Source of the DNA: Octopus sinensis
Taxonomy: Eukaryota
Reading direction: 5' to 3'
DNA: 28,697 bases
Assembly (NCBI RefSeq): GCF_006345805.1
Contig: NW_021827496.1
Span: 1 to 28,697, forward strand
Position 1 is the first letter of the stretch; each line of letters begins with the position of its first letter. Of this stretch, positions 1-10,853 are shown one piece after another. The notes beneath the pieces were generated by a model, which searched no databases, had not been told where the DNA came from, and worked only from the letters and a program-made list of their open reading frames with translations. Both the position numbers and the translations under genes were made by a program.

Positions 1-103
1 CTTAAAGTAAAAATAAAACTTAGTAATTGATAAAAAAAAAACCGACGTATCGATCCAAGAATCTGGTAGTAAAGAGAATAAAATAGGAAATAAATTTTTA
101 TTT

Positions 104-274
104 ATTTATTGCCCCCAAGGGGCTAAACATAGAGGGGACAAACAAGGACAAAAGGTATTAAGTCGATTACATCGACTCCAATGCGTAAGTAGTAGTTATT
201 TAAAAGACCCCGAAACGATGAAAGGCAAAGTCGATCTCGGCGGAATTTGAACTCAGAACGTAGCGGCAGACGAA
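104..274 (-). mobile_element. SINE family A, headless ~170-bp unit
   Basis: Matches other copies in the window (3541-3761, 16791-17552): B-box GAGTTCAAATTCC, core GTCGACTTTGCCTTTCATCCTTTCGGGGTC and the pyrimidine-rich 3' segment, all on the minus strand. Confidence 0.85.
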
Positions 275-343
275 TTATGGGAAATAAATATTGAAAACAA
301 AAGTTACGAAACAAAACATAGAAAAAATTTGAACCTCTACTAG

Positions 344-347
344 AAAA
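344..347 (-). terminator. Pol III terminator (TTTT) of tRNA-Ala copy 1
   Basis: T4 run on the minus strand 8 nt past the discriminator base; the same run is conserved at 5364-5367 for copy 2. Confidence 0.7.
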
Positions 348-355
348 CGGGAGGT

Positions 356-428
356 TGGAGAATCCGGGCATCGATCCCGGTACCTCTCGCATGCTAAGCG
401 AGCGCTCTACCATCTGAGCTAATTCCCC
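356..428 (-). tRNA. tRNA-Ala-AGC: tRNA-Ala(AGC), copy 1 (C40)
   Basis: 73 nt, GGGGAATTAGCTCAGATGGTAGAGCGCTCGCTTAGCATGCGAGAGGTACCGGGATCGATGCCCGGATTCTCCA. Full cloverleaf, G3:U70 alanine identity pair, AGC anticodon, eukaryotic Ala-type A54 T-loop, and a TATA-like element at about -28 to -35. Confidence 0.97.
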
Positions 429-1200
429 ACAACAACAAAATATGCTTATCTAACCAATATATAGTTTGTGCACGTAAGGTTCTTTCATATAGTTCATTTA
501 TTTTTATTTTTATCTACTTGTTGTATGTTTAACACTCGTAATTATATCTTGAATAACTAATTGTCATTGCTATTAATATACTTCTTACATTTGTAATCGT
601 TTCCCTATTAACACCAAATTCGTTATCATAAAATATATAATATTGCGCCAAATTTCATCCACGTGACAGCATGCTTTAGCTTCCAACAAGCTTCTTCTGT
701 CTGTCTATCATGCGGCGATTTTCTACTGCATAACTCACTAATTTCTAAATACGTGATTTTTGTCAGAATATCCGGTGGATATTTACTATTAAATACATTA
801 CTGACGAATAGATTCTGTTGAATAATTTTTAGTAAATGTATTAAATTTCCTTATTTCTTTAAACACGATTTAATTCTTGTGTTGCGATGTAATTGAATAT
901 TATTCGATAAGCTATAAAGAGTTACCTCCCTTTAAATTTTTTTTCTCATGTTCGTCTTATTTGATGTCAACAAATTTGAAGCTTTGTAAAACTGAGCAGT
1001 GTTAAACGATTACCTGTTTAGTTTAGTATATACATATACACCCTGACATAATCATTAGTATTTAAGCACAACATATACAATAACATCCACGTATCACACA
1101 TGTAAGCATAGATTCATATGCATGCATACATACATGCATGCACGCGTACATGCACCATACATACGTACATACAGGTATATACACATACATACACACAGGA

Positions 1201-1239
<39 letters not shown>

Positions 1240-1244
1240 ATATA

Positions 1245-1640
1245 TGGTAGCTTGTTACCAACTACATGGTTGTGGGTTTAGTCCCACGGCGTGGCACCTC
1301 GGGCAAGTGCCTTCAACTATTGCCCCGAGCCGACCAAAGCCTTGTGAGTGGATTTGGTAAACGGAAACTGAAAGAAGCTCATCATATATATGTATATATA
1401 TATATATATATGTATGTGTGTATATATGTTTGTGTGTCTGTGTTTGTGTTTGTCCCCCCAACATCGCTTGACAACCGACGCTGGTGTGTTTACATCCCCG
1501 TAATCTAGCGGTTCGGCAAAAAAGACCGATAGAATAAGTACTAGGCTTACAAAGAATAAGTCCTTGGGATCGACTTGCTCGACTAAAGGCTGTGCTCCAG
1601 CATGGCCACAGTCAAATGACTGAAACAAGTAAAAAAGTAA
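1245..1640 (+). mobile_element. SINE family B (tRNA head, internal TA/TG microsatellite, GAGTAAAA-type tail)
   Basis: Colinear with the fuller copy at 18576-18992; slightly 5'-truncated; follows (TA)n. Confidence 0.85.
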
Positions 1641-2493
1641 TATATACATGCATACATATATCTATGAATACATAAATGTATGCTACATGCATACACACAT
1701 ACATACATGCATACATACTTATACATATTTACATACATAGGCTCAGCAACACAGACAAGCACACACACAGACACATGTGCACGCACGCACTTATGCATAT
1801 ACATATGTATACGCTCACATATTTCTACACTTACTTGTATGCTTACGCACGTCCAAGTACATACAGCAGCCCCTCTTTGTCTCACTCCCTCTACTTCTGT
1901 TTTCTCCTCTCTATCTATCTATCTATCTCCCTCTCCCCCGGCTCCAAACTGCCAGTCACACACATTCTTTCACTGTTGTAGTCTTTGTCTGTCTGTCTGT
2001 CTGTCTGTCTATCTCTTTCTTAGTATCTCCCCCCCTCTCTCTCTATTTACTGGCACTTTCGGTTCCTTCTGTTTCTTTACGCTCTCTATCTGTCTACCTC
2101 CCTTCCATCTTTTCTTTGTACCCCACGCACGCACACACAGACACGCACGCACACACACATGCTTGCGCGCGGTGCATAGATCTTGTCTTAGTATTTAGTA
2201 ATTAAAAGTTACATTGGGTATCTACCTAAATACCTACCTAATTTAATACATACGGACATGCGTACGCGCAACCATCCAAACGTTCATCCACTTAACCACC
2301 TGTCCATCTATGTATCCATCCATAAGTACATACGTATATACCTACCAACTTATAAACCTAGCAACCAACCAACCAACACCAACCAACCAACCAACCAACC
2401 AACCAACCAACCAACCAACCAACCTACCTACCTACCTACCTACCTACATACATACATACAACATACATACCTGCCTGCCTGCCAACCTACCTA

Positions 2494-3013
2494 GTACCAG
2501 GCAGTGGCTCTCATGGTTTCTGATCTTAACTGACTGGAAGTGTCATCATGTACATCGGTTTGTCTTGGTATAAAAGATGAGCTACAGCAAATATTCTGCT
2601 CAATACCACAGATTTGCTTGTCAGTTGCTTGACCTTAACCAGTTGAGCATGTCCCTAAGTGGCTGACTATATTTGCATCTCTGATCACGAGCATAAGTAG
2701 TGGGGGAGCATCATAACCATGTGTTGAGAGGAATCCTTTGGGGTTTGGATAATTCACCTTTGGAAACATGGGTGTTTTGTTCAACATACTCAAACAACCC
2801 TTATTCAAAGACCTTTTGGGCGGGATGGGCTACTCGACCAGAAGAAAATTCTAACTGGGGCCCCACCTGCAAGGTCATGCACTGTTTATCTTGATTTGAG
2901 ATCATCATGTCGCGCACATATGGTTGTGATGCATGTGCCTGGTGTACCCTTATCAGACGGGTAGTCATGATGGGTATACTGGGCTTCGTATACTGGGCCA
3001 TTGTGCCTCCACT
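2494..3013 (-). mobile_element. Repeat family E (~500 bp, non-LTR 3'-end-like)
   Basis: Reverse complement aligns over nearly its whole length with 26092-26604, which ends in an (ATT)n tail. Confidence 0.8.
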
Positions 3014-3019
3014 CTCTCA

Positions 3020-3109
3020 AGGCTATAGCAGAAGACACTTGCCCAAGATGCCACGCAGAGGGACTGAACCCGGAACCATGTGGTTGGTTAGCAAGCTACT
3101 TACCACACA
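3020..3109 (-). mobile_element. SINE family B head fragment
   Basis: Reverse complement matches the head of 18576-18992 (TGTGTGGTAAGTAGCTTGCTAACCAACCACATGGTTCCGGGTTCAGTCCC). Confidence 0.85.
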
Positions 3110-3540
3110 TCCACTCCTGCGACTATACAACACATTGTACAGATGTTAAAAATCAAGTGATGCTTACGTCTAAAGCTTTTAAAAATGAAAACAGAAAAGA
3201 GAAAGGCCTCGCACGTGGCTAATGCTACTCTCTAAGCAACGTAGATAATTATTCAACTATGCAACCATCCATTCACCCATTCATCCATACATGCAAGAAT
3301 ACCTACATACGATTCACTTGACCGACCCACCTATGTATCTACTTACTTTCTGTCAAGGCACCTTATCATTTTATCTCCCAATTTACCGAACGCTTTACCC
3401 GTTCAGATATATTTTTCGCCTACATACATGCTGACTTACCTACCTCCTTCTCTCCCCCTCCATCCCTCACCCCTCCCTCCCTCCCTCCTTACCTACCTAC
3501 CTATATCTCTACCTGTCTACGGATCTGGATCTAAATACCA

Positions 3541-3761
3541 ATTTCTTTACTACCCACAAGGGGCTAAACACAGAAGGGACAGACAAACGGATTAAGTCGA
3601 TTATATCGCCCCCAGTGCGTAACTGGTACTTAATTTAGCGACCCCGAAAGGATGAAAGGCAAAGTCGACCTCGGCGGAATTTGAACTCAGAACGTAACGG
3701 CAGACGAAATACGGCTACGCATTTCGCCCGGCGTGCTAACGTTTCTGCCAGCTCGCCGCCT
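3541..3761 (-). mobile_element. SINE family A, complete monomer
   Basis: Head AGGCGGCGAGCTGGCAGAAACGTTAG (A-box-like), B-box GAGTTCAAATTCC, core GCCTTTCATCCTTTCGGGGTCG, ends GTAGTAAAGAAAT. The core resembles my recollection of the Meta/MESC SINE domain (unverified). Confidence 0.9.
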
Positions 3762-3879
3762 ACCTACTAACCAATATACCTACCCAACAACTTACATGCT
3801 TACCTATCAACCAGTCTGCTTACTTCTTCTAAGTTGATATAGTTATGACACAGTCGATTCTAGTAGTTTAAGAAATCTC

Positions 3880-4230
3880 GCATGACATCGTAGATATTAT
3901 AATAATGTTCAATAAAAGCATTCGATCTGAAGAGTATTCACTTGTCGGGGCTGCAGAATTCTGAGACGCTACTGCTGGTGTCTTACAAGGAGACGTACTT
4001 GAACCTTTGTTATTCATATTTTGTCTTGAATTTGCTCTCAAAAAGCTAGAAGTTCTAAGCACCCAAAGTTTACAGTAGCAGATGCAGATTATGCTGATGT
4101 CAGCCCCAAAGTCAGATATCATTGCAGGAACCACTAACCCAATTCACAGACTTGAAGATACGGCGAGAGATATTAGGCCTCCATGCTACCGCCAGAAACC
4201 GGAATTTGTCATACAAAACTTGCAGTGTAC
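3880..4230 (+). pseudogene. Decayed RTE-like LINE reverse transcriptase fragment
   Basis: Ordered RT motifs across frameshifts: KAFD (~3915), AGVLQGDVLEPLLFIFCLEFALKKL (~3974-4050), DADYAD (4081-4098), then LEDTARDI..LH..K.EF. Contains internal deletions and stops. Confidence 0.8.
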
Positions 4231-4334
4231 CATCACTCAATTGTCTGGAAGCTCAGCAAAACCAAGTATCTCAGAGATAGTTGCAAGCTACGTATCAACA
4301 AAGCCTGGAAAGCACAAGGAAATATCTAAGTAGT

Positions 4335-4830
4335 CATATTTGCTTCTCTTCTCATGCTACCGATGTTATCCAAGGGAAAGGCAAAGGTCAATACAGCTTG
4401 GCACCAGTGATTCCGCAACTCATTTTGCCAGTGAATGAACTGCAGCAACGCGAAAATAAAATGTCTTGCTCAATAACACACAGTCTAGGCATATAAAAAT
4501 TCCCCTCTGGTCATGAATGGCCATGGGATTGCGCATAGAAAGTGCCTCTCCGAGGCACAAATCCAGGCAAAGTTGTTTATGGAAGACCAACAGACGCCCA
4601 TGTATACTATCCTCCCTTCGCCACACCATTGGTATTATCCAATCGAAAGGCAAAGATCGATACAGCTTGGCACTAAGGACGTCGCAACTCATTTCTACAG
4701 ATGAATGAACTGAGACAACGTGTAATAAAGTGACTTACTCAAGAACACAACACACAGCTCGGTCCGGGAATCGAACTCACTACCTCACGATTCTGAGCCC
4801 GACGCTCTCACCGCTGTGCCACGCACCTTC
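4335..4830 (-). mobile_element. SINE family C (tRNA head + CORE-like domain): one copy 4630-4830 plus a duplicated body fragment 4335-4490
   Basis: Minus-strand head GAAGGTGCGTGGCACAGCGGTGAGAGC...GAGTTCGATTCCC followed by TTCTTGAGTAAGTCACTTTAT...TGTAGAAATGAG; the 3' body is repeated at 4335-4490. Confidence 0.75.
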
Positions 4831-4834
4831 CTGC

Positions 4835-5125
4835 GTGAAGGCGGGTGGCTTGGTGATTAGGGTATTCGGCTCACGATCGCAATTTTCTGTCCTTGAGCAC
4901 GTCGTGTCCTTAAGCAAGGCACTTAACCTCATGTTGCTGCAGTTCACTTAGCTGCCAAAGCTAAGTTGTACCTACATTTCAAAAGGGCCAGTCTTGGCAC
5001 CCTGAATGTCTTTATGAACTATGTTAAACATACGCGTGTCTGCGGCGTACGCAGCCACTTACATGTTAATTTCATGAACAAGCTGTTCCGTTGGTTGGAT
5101 CAACTGGAACACTCATCGTAACCGA
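4835..5125 (+). mobile_element. SINE family C copy
   Basis: Colinear with 8764-9066 (head GTGAAGGCG.GTGGCTT, CORE-like CCTTAAGCAAGGCACTTAACCTC, 3' TCATCGTAACCGACGGA). Confidence 0.75.
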
Positions 5126-5201
5126 CGGAATGCCAGATATATATACACATATATATACACACGTGTGTGTGTGCATGCATGTAAGGCTTCTTTCAGTTTC
5201 C

Positions 5202-5599
5202 TATTTCTTTATTGCCCACAAGGGGCTAAACACAGAGGGGACAAACAAGGACAGGCAAACGCAGTAAGTCGATTGCATTGACCCAGTGTGTAACTAGTAC
5301 ATAATTTATCGAAAAACAAATGTTATGAAACAAAATATATAAAAAAAAAAAAACTTCTAACAGAAAACGGGAGGTTGGAGAATCCGGGCATCGATCCCGG
5401 TACCTCTCACATGCTAAGCGAGCGCTCTACCATCTGAGCTAATTCCCCACGACAGCAATATTCGCTTATCTAACCAATATAGTTTATGCACGTAATGGCA
5501 AAGTCGACCTCGGCGGAATTTGAACTCAGAACGTGAGCTCAGACGAAATAGCGCTATGCATTTCGTCCGGCGTTCTAGCGTATCTACCAGCTTGCCGCC
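5202..5599 (-). mobile_element. SINE family A with 11-bp TSD, interrupted by a tRNA cassette
   Basis: TSD TTTCAGTTTCC at 5191-5201 and 5600-5610. The SINE halves 5202-5312 and 5497-5599 are colinear with the monomer, lacking ~16 nt at the break. Confidence 0.85.
5376..5448 (-). tRNA. tRNA-Ala-AGC: tRNA-Ala(AGC), copy 2 (U40 variant)
   Basis: Identical to 356-428 except C40>U (G30:U40 wobble). Retains the T4 terminator and the upstream TATATT. Confidence 0.93.
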
Positions 5600-6414
5600 T
5601 TTCAGTTTCCGTCGTCACCAAGGGTTTGGTAGGACCGAGGCTATTGTAGAAAACACTTGTCCAAGGTGTAAGGTTGAACTCTGAATCATGTGGTTGGAAA
5701 GCAAACTTCTTCTTACCACACAGCTACGCCTGAATCCGGGTCAGTGAATAGATCGAATAGAATAAAAGCAAATAAACATCTCATCATTGCTGGCCTAGAA
5801 AATGTGAAATTAATAAGATCACACACGTCCTGTATTTTTATGTATGTCGCAGACACAGATATCATAAATGGCAATAAAATATAAATTAGAATAACGATTG
5901 ACCTTGTAAATGAAACTGATTGTAAAAGAGAAAGACAAGCAAAAACACTGTCATGTGTGTTCAAGAAACACAGGATATTGATATTTTACAGTAGACAGAG
6001 AGTTGTGATAATTTATTGTATTGTCAAGAGCATTTAGCAACACAAGTTAAGTAGTTTATGAATCATAAATGATATCTCGGTTTGTCGGAAATTAGCAGTG
6101 ATGCTTAGTACATATAAACCTATTATTAAAGAGCCTTTAGATTAGTCTCGACATGTCTGTTGCAGTCATCGTGGTCAGAGCTGTACATCATCAGCATAAC
6201 TCGTGTAATTCATAATGGATAAAGTCGGGAAGTATACTGTCGTTTAGCTCCAGATCAGTGAATGATTTGAGGTCAGTTTCGTTGTTAATTTGAAGTGGTC
6301 GAGGTACCTCGTAAATCGCTGTTGTTGGTTCGTGTTTGTGAGTCATTTACCAAGAAGTGTGTATTCACCATTACTTCTTACACAACAGTATGCAAACAAA
6401 TTTTACAGCATCTA

Positions 6415-6495
6415 TTTATCTATATATCTATCCTTTATCTATCTATCTATCTAGTCTATCTATCTATCTATCTATCTATCTATTCGATCTATCTA

Positions 6496-6534
<39 letters not shown>

Positions 6535-6579
6535 CTAATCTATCTCTATCTATTCTATCTATAATCTATCTATCTATAT

Positions 6580-6613
<34 letters not shown>

Positions 6614-6749
6614 AATCTATCTATCAATCTATCTATCTATCTATCTAATCTATCTATATATAATATCTATCTATCTATCCGTCCGTCCGTCTGTCTATCT
6701 ATCTATCTATCTATCATCTTATCTATCTATCTCTTTCTCTCTATCTCTC

Positions 6750-6794
<45 letters not shown>

Positions 6795-6795
6795 A

Positions 6796-6839
<44 letters not shown>

Positions 6840-6905
6840 GCTCTTGATCTATCTATCTATATCTATATACTATCTATCTATTATCTATCTATATCTATCT
6901 ATCTA
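6415..6905 (+). repeat. Imperfect (TCTA)n microsatellite with (TC)n inserts
   Basis: Direct reading. Confidence 0.97.
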
Positions 6906-7404
6906 TCAGTCAGTCAGTCTGACTGTCTTTCTCAGAATCTCTCTCTCCCCCTCTCTCTTTCTCCCTCTCACTATGTATACTAATATATAAGTATATAATA
7001 TAATTATATTAAAAGGTGCAAGAAAATCCCACCAACACGCTAGAAATAGACGTCAAATATCTCTAAAAACCACATCTACACTCCATTAGCACAGATTGTA
7101 AGCCTGTAAGCCGGTAGATGAATAAATGAATCATTAAAATGCTTTATACCTAATTATATATATGATGTGTGGGTGTTATGTAATATATATATATGATCTT
7201 AAAATGAATTTATATAATATTATAATAAAAAAAGTATATGTATATTTATAAATATTATATATATATATAATATTTATTAGATAAAAAAAATAAAATAGTT
7301 CGGGGAGGAGAAAAAATATATTATATATATATTATAATAAAAATTAGAATATAATACATAATATGGGCGAATATATATTATATATATAGGCAGTTAATAC
7401 AGCG

Positions 7405-7530
7405 AAGGTCACGATTGGTCAGAATGTGATCGACGTCCCGTTCTGACCTTGATAAGCACCTAACGAAACGATTGGTCAAACGTTGATGACGTCACGCTAG
7501 CTGGACTGACCATTAACAGGTGTTATAAAA
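7405..7530 (+). promoter_or_regulatory. Pol II proximal/core promoter
   Basis: AAGGTCA 7405-7411; two identical CGATTGGTCA inverted CCAAT boxes (ATTGG at 7414 and 7471); TGACCTTGA (reverse complement TCAAGGTCA, ERR/FTZ-F1 type) 7444-7452; palindromic CRE TGACGTCA 7487-7494; TATAAAA 7524-7530. Confidence 0.8.
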
Positions 7531-7554
7531 CCCGAACAATTCACAAGATTCGCC

Positions 7555-7602
7555 AGAATCACATCCAGGACACCCACCACTTAGTCATCACAGTTGATCA
7601 AG
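7555..7602 (+). other. Putative non-coding first exon
   Basis: Begins ~30 nt after the TATA box (TSS position estimated), contains no ATG, and ends at donor AAG|GTAAAT. Confidence 0.6.
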
Positions 7603-7722
7603 GTAAATGAATTCCTCGCCTTTCAGGAACATCAATTTTTTATATTGACTGCATTCCGCCCACTTTGATCTATTTATGATATCACCACACGGAACCCTGC
7701 ATCATACACTTTAAACTATAGC

Positions 7723-7756
7723 ATGGAACGAACTCACTTCAAACTATATATGAACT
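7723..7756 (+). CDS. Candidate coding exon 2 (MERTHFKLYMN + 1 nt), unknown protein
   Basis: Acceptor TTTAAACTATAG at 7721. Splicing to exon 1 gives AAGC-ATG-G (A at -3, G at +4). Donor GTATGA at 7757, phase 1. Confidence 0.5.
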
Positions 7757-7976
7757 GTATGATGTCTGACTCATGGTGTATTATAAATGAATTTCTATAT
7801 ATTGATAGCATGAACTCTCTTTTTTATATATAACTTTTTTTGATAAGGCTCATTTCAGGAACTGAACATGTTTATAATGTATATATAAAAATTAAAAATG
7901 TTATAATATAGCAGCATTCGTCGAACTTCATTTTTACAAAATATACCTACTCGTATAGAGCTAATCTATTATAAAA

Positions 7977-8018
<42 letters not shown>

Positions 8019-8085
8019 TTATATATATATGTACATATATTAAGAGAGAGGATAGAGACTATATATATATATATTAATATATAGA

Positions 8086-8136
<51 letters not shown>

Positions 8137-8195
8137 TTTGTATGCATGTATATATATATTTGAGAAACATGAACAAGCGTAATTTCATATTATAG

Positions 8196-8338
8196 TTCCT
8201 ACGCGCGTTTCCCAATTATGGCTGCTTGGAGACGGGCAATTGGTGTTCCAAGTGCTTTCAGATGCTCAATCACAACAAATCATCGGGGGACACTTTATTA
8301 CCCATTACGTAACAGATAACAATGTCTATAATATGAAC
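8196..8338 (+). CDS. Candidate coding exon 3 ((F)PTRVSQLWLLGDGQLVFQVLSDAQSQQIIGGHFITHYVTDNNVYNMN)
   Basis: Acceptor TTTCATATTATAG at 8195; phase-1 entry matches exon 2; high-complexity island amid (TA)n; donor GTAAAC at 8339, phase 0. An alternative donor exists at 8309. Confidence 0.5.
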
Positions 8339-8413
8339 GTAAACTTGTGCTTATCCTTATTGCTCTTTCATTTACGCTCCGTAGCTCATATCTAATAATA
8401 CTACTCGTTATAG

Positions 8414-8491
8414 AATTTACTTAACAACTGTCCTGGAAGTATAGTGGACTACGATAATCCACGTGGAGCTCTGGACATAACAGTAGCAGTC
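8414..8491 (+). CDS. Candidate coding exon 4 (NLLNNCPGSIVDYDNPRGALDITVAV)
   Basis: Acceptor CTCGTTATAG after a 75-nt intron; open frame in phase 0. The donor GTACAT is weak and the 3' boundary is uncertain. Confidence 0.4.
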
Positions 8492-8518
8492 GTACATATA
8501 TATATTTGTGCATTTTTT

Positions 8519-8519
8519 C

Positions 8520-8614
<95 letters not shown>

Positions 8615-8684
8615 GTCTGTCTGTCTGTCTATATGTATGTATGTATGGATGCATATACATATACACACACATTATATATACCTC

Positions 8685-8743
<59 letters not shown>

Positions 8744-8763
8744 GTGTGAGTGTGTGTGTGTGT
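8519..8763 (+). repeat. Compound (TCTA)n / (TA)n / (TG)n microsatellite
   Basis: Direct reading. Confidence 0.95.
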
Positions 8764-9066
8764 GTGAAAGCGCGTGGCTTACTGCTAAGGGTATTCGGCT
8801 CACAACCGCTAGGTCATGAGTTCGATTCCCGGCAGTGCGCTATGTCCTTGAGCAAGACACTTTATTTCACGTTGGTCCAGTCTATTCAGCTGGTAAAAAT
8901 GAGTTGTACCTGTATTTCAAAGGGCCAGTCATGTCACATTTTGTCTTACGCTAAATCTAAGGAAACGCGTGTGTGTGGAGTACGCAGCCACACGTTAATA
9001 TCACGAGCTGGCTGTTCCTTTGATCGGATCGACTGGAACCCTCATCGTCATAACCGTCGGAGTGCG
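8764..9066 (+). mobile_element. SINE family C copy
   Basis: Head GTGAAAGCGCGTGGCTT...GAGTTCGATTCCC, CORE-like CCTTGAGCAAGACACTTTATTTCAC; begins directly after (TG)n. Confidence 0.85.
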
Positions 9067-9849
9067 GCCCAAAAAATATGGTATATATATATCGTAAAGA
9101 ATTCCAATTTGTTTTTGCTATTCATGTTGTTTTATCCCAATAAAACTTTAATCAAGTGACCTATGTTCAAAACCTATGTAACCGTAACTATCATATCGCT
9201 TGGCATATCTAGGAATATATTCCCAAGTGTGACGGAGATTCAGCTATTTGCTGCAGTATATTTGCTTAGTCATTCGTTCATTAATACTTTGATAAATGTC
9301 GTGTTATTAAATATTTTTTAATGTACAAGTGTTGTCTTGTTTGTAGTCTTATAAATATTCTATTTCCCCCAACCACATAAAAGTGGCTTTCTAAATATTT
9401 GGGTGTATATGTATATATATATATATATATATATGTATTTGTTTCAGAAAAATTGCAACGTTTTACATACATTGACATTTACGTATATTTGAGTTAGTTG
9501 TTATATATAGAAACCTATGTAGTAGAAATATATACATAGCGAATTTAACATTTTCTCTGCGGATAAAAAATAAATAATGAAAAGCTTTATCGAGTTTTCG
9601 GACCTTATTGAATTCTCATCAGAGGTGTTTAAATCATTTGAAACATCTCAGAGAAACAAGTAGGCAATCTGTTTATGTGCAAAACAAATCCAATAGCTGC
9701 ACAAAATTGGGGCGGCTAATTTGCGTACTATAAGTATTTAACAGTATAAGCGTATAAGCATCTTGTCAACGAGGATCTCTGTCCATAGAATATCAAGGTC
9801 CCCTGTCACGTTCTGACTTGATCACTTTCAGGGTAATTTTTCAGTACTT

Positions 9850-10611
9850 ACAGTAATTTCAGGTGAGGGGTAAATCGATTACAACAACCCCATTGTTTAA
9901 CTGGTACTTATTTTATCAACCCCGAAAGTATGACAGGCAAAGTCGACTAGGGCAGAATAATTTGAACTTGTAACATAAAGACGGATGAAATGCAGCGAAG
10001 CAGTTTGCTCGGCGTGCTAACGGTTCTTATTTCTTTATTGCCCACAAGGGGCTAAACATACAGAAATCAAACAAGGACAGACAAAGGGATTAAGTGGATT
10101 ACATCGACCCCAGTGCGTAACTGGCTGTTAATTTATCGACCCTGAAAGGATGAAAGGCAAAGTCGACATCGGCAGAATTTGAACTCAGAACGTAACGGCA
10201 GACGAAATACCTATTTCTTTACTACCCACAAGGGGCTAAACACAGAGAGGACAAACAAGGACAGACTTACGGATTAAGTCGATTATATCGACCCCAGTGC
10301 GTAACTGGTACTTATTTAATCGACCCCGAAAGGATGAAAGGCAAAGTCGACCTCGGCGGAATTTGAACTCAGAACGTAGCTGCAGACGAAATACCGCTAA
10401 GCGCTTAGCCTGGCGTGCTAACGTTTCTTATTTCTTTATTGCTCACAAGGGGCTAAACATAGAGGGGACAAACAAGGACAGACAAAGAGATTGAGTCGAT
10501 TACATCGACACCAGTGCGTAACTGGTACTTATTTAATTGACTCCGAAAGGATGAAAGGCAAAGTCGACCTCGGTGGAATTTGAACTCAGAACGCAGCGGC
10601 GGGCGAAATAC
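9850..10611 (-). mobile_element. SINE family A tandem array, 4 units
   Basis: Units at about 10428-10611, 10211-10427, 10027-10210 and an older 3'-terminal unit at 9850-10026 with the alternative 3' end. Confidence 0.9.
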
Positions 10612-10797
10612 CTGCTCACTGTCTTAAAAAGAGAAATAAAGATTACACTTTATATTACAAGGGATATAACTAATTTACATAAAGTTATATATCTGAGACG
10701 TTTACATGTGGTTATTGATCATGTGACAATTGAGTAATTGCGTTTATGTAAGCGTTTCGTTATCAAATGTGTTAAGATGATGCTTTCTACCTCGCAG

Positions 10798-10853
10798 TTT
10801 GGAGCTTCTCAGAATTGTCTTTCCTTCAAGCGATTGGTTTTTGTTCGACAATC
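10798..10853 (+). CDS. Candidate coding exon 5 (FGASQNCLSFKRLVFVRQ + 2 nt)
   Basis: Acceptor TTCTACCTCGCAG and donor GTAATT; phase 0 to 2 links exon 4 to the terminal exon. All three frames are open, so frame assignment is weak. Confidence 0.3.

Larger units (their letters stand above)
5180..5732 (-). mobile_element. SINE family B, interrupted by a SINE A insertion
   Basis: GGCTTCTTTCAGTTTCC (5185-5201) resumes as TTTCAGTTTCCGTC...CTTACCACACAGCTACGCC (5600-5732), the reverse complement of the family B 5' half. Confidence 0.75.

Noticed and set aside
123-413. 96-aa minus-strand ORF
   Set aside because: It overlaps the tRNA gene and a SINE; artefact.
8196-8265. Alternative frame YGCLETGNWCSKCF resembling an A20-type zinc finger
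   Set aside because: The first two cysteines are missing and the frame hits a stop at ~8310; likely chance.
8218-8308. Alternative gene model starting MAAWRRAIG at 8218 and using an exon at 9789-9832
   Set aside because: Phase-compatible, but it ignores the closer well-formed exon at 7722-7756 with a strong-context ATG. Kept as a fallback until RNA-seq decides.
9596-9622. Minus-strand CTGATGAG...CGAAA hammerhead-like core
   Set aside because: Stems I, II and III do not pair convincingly; at best a dead remnant.
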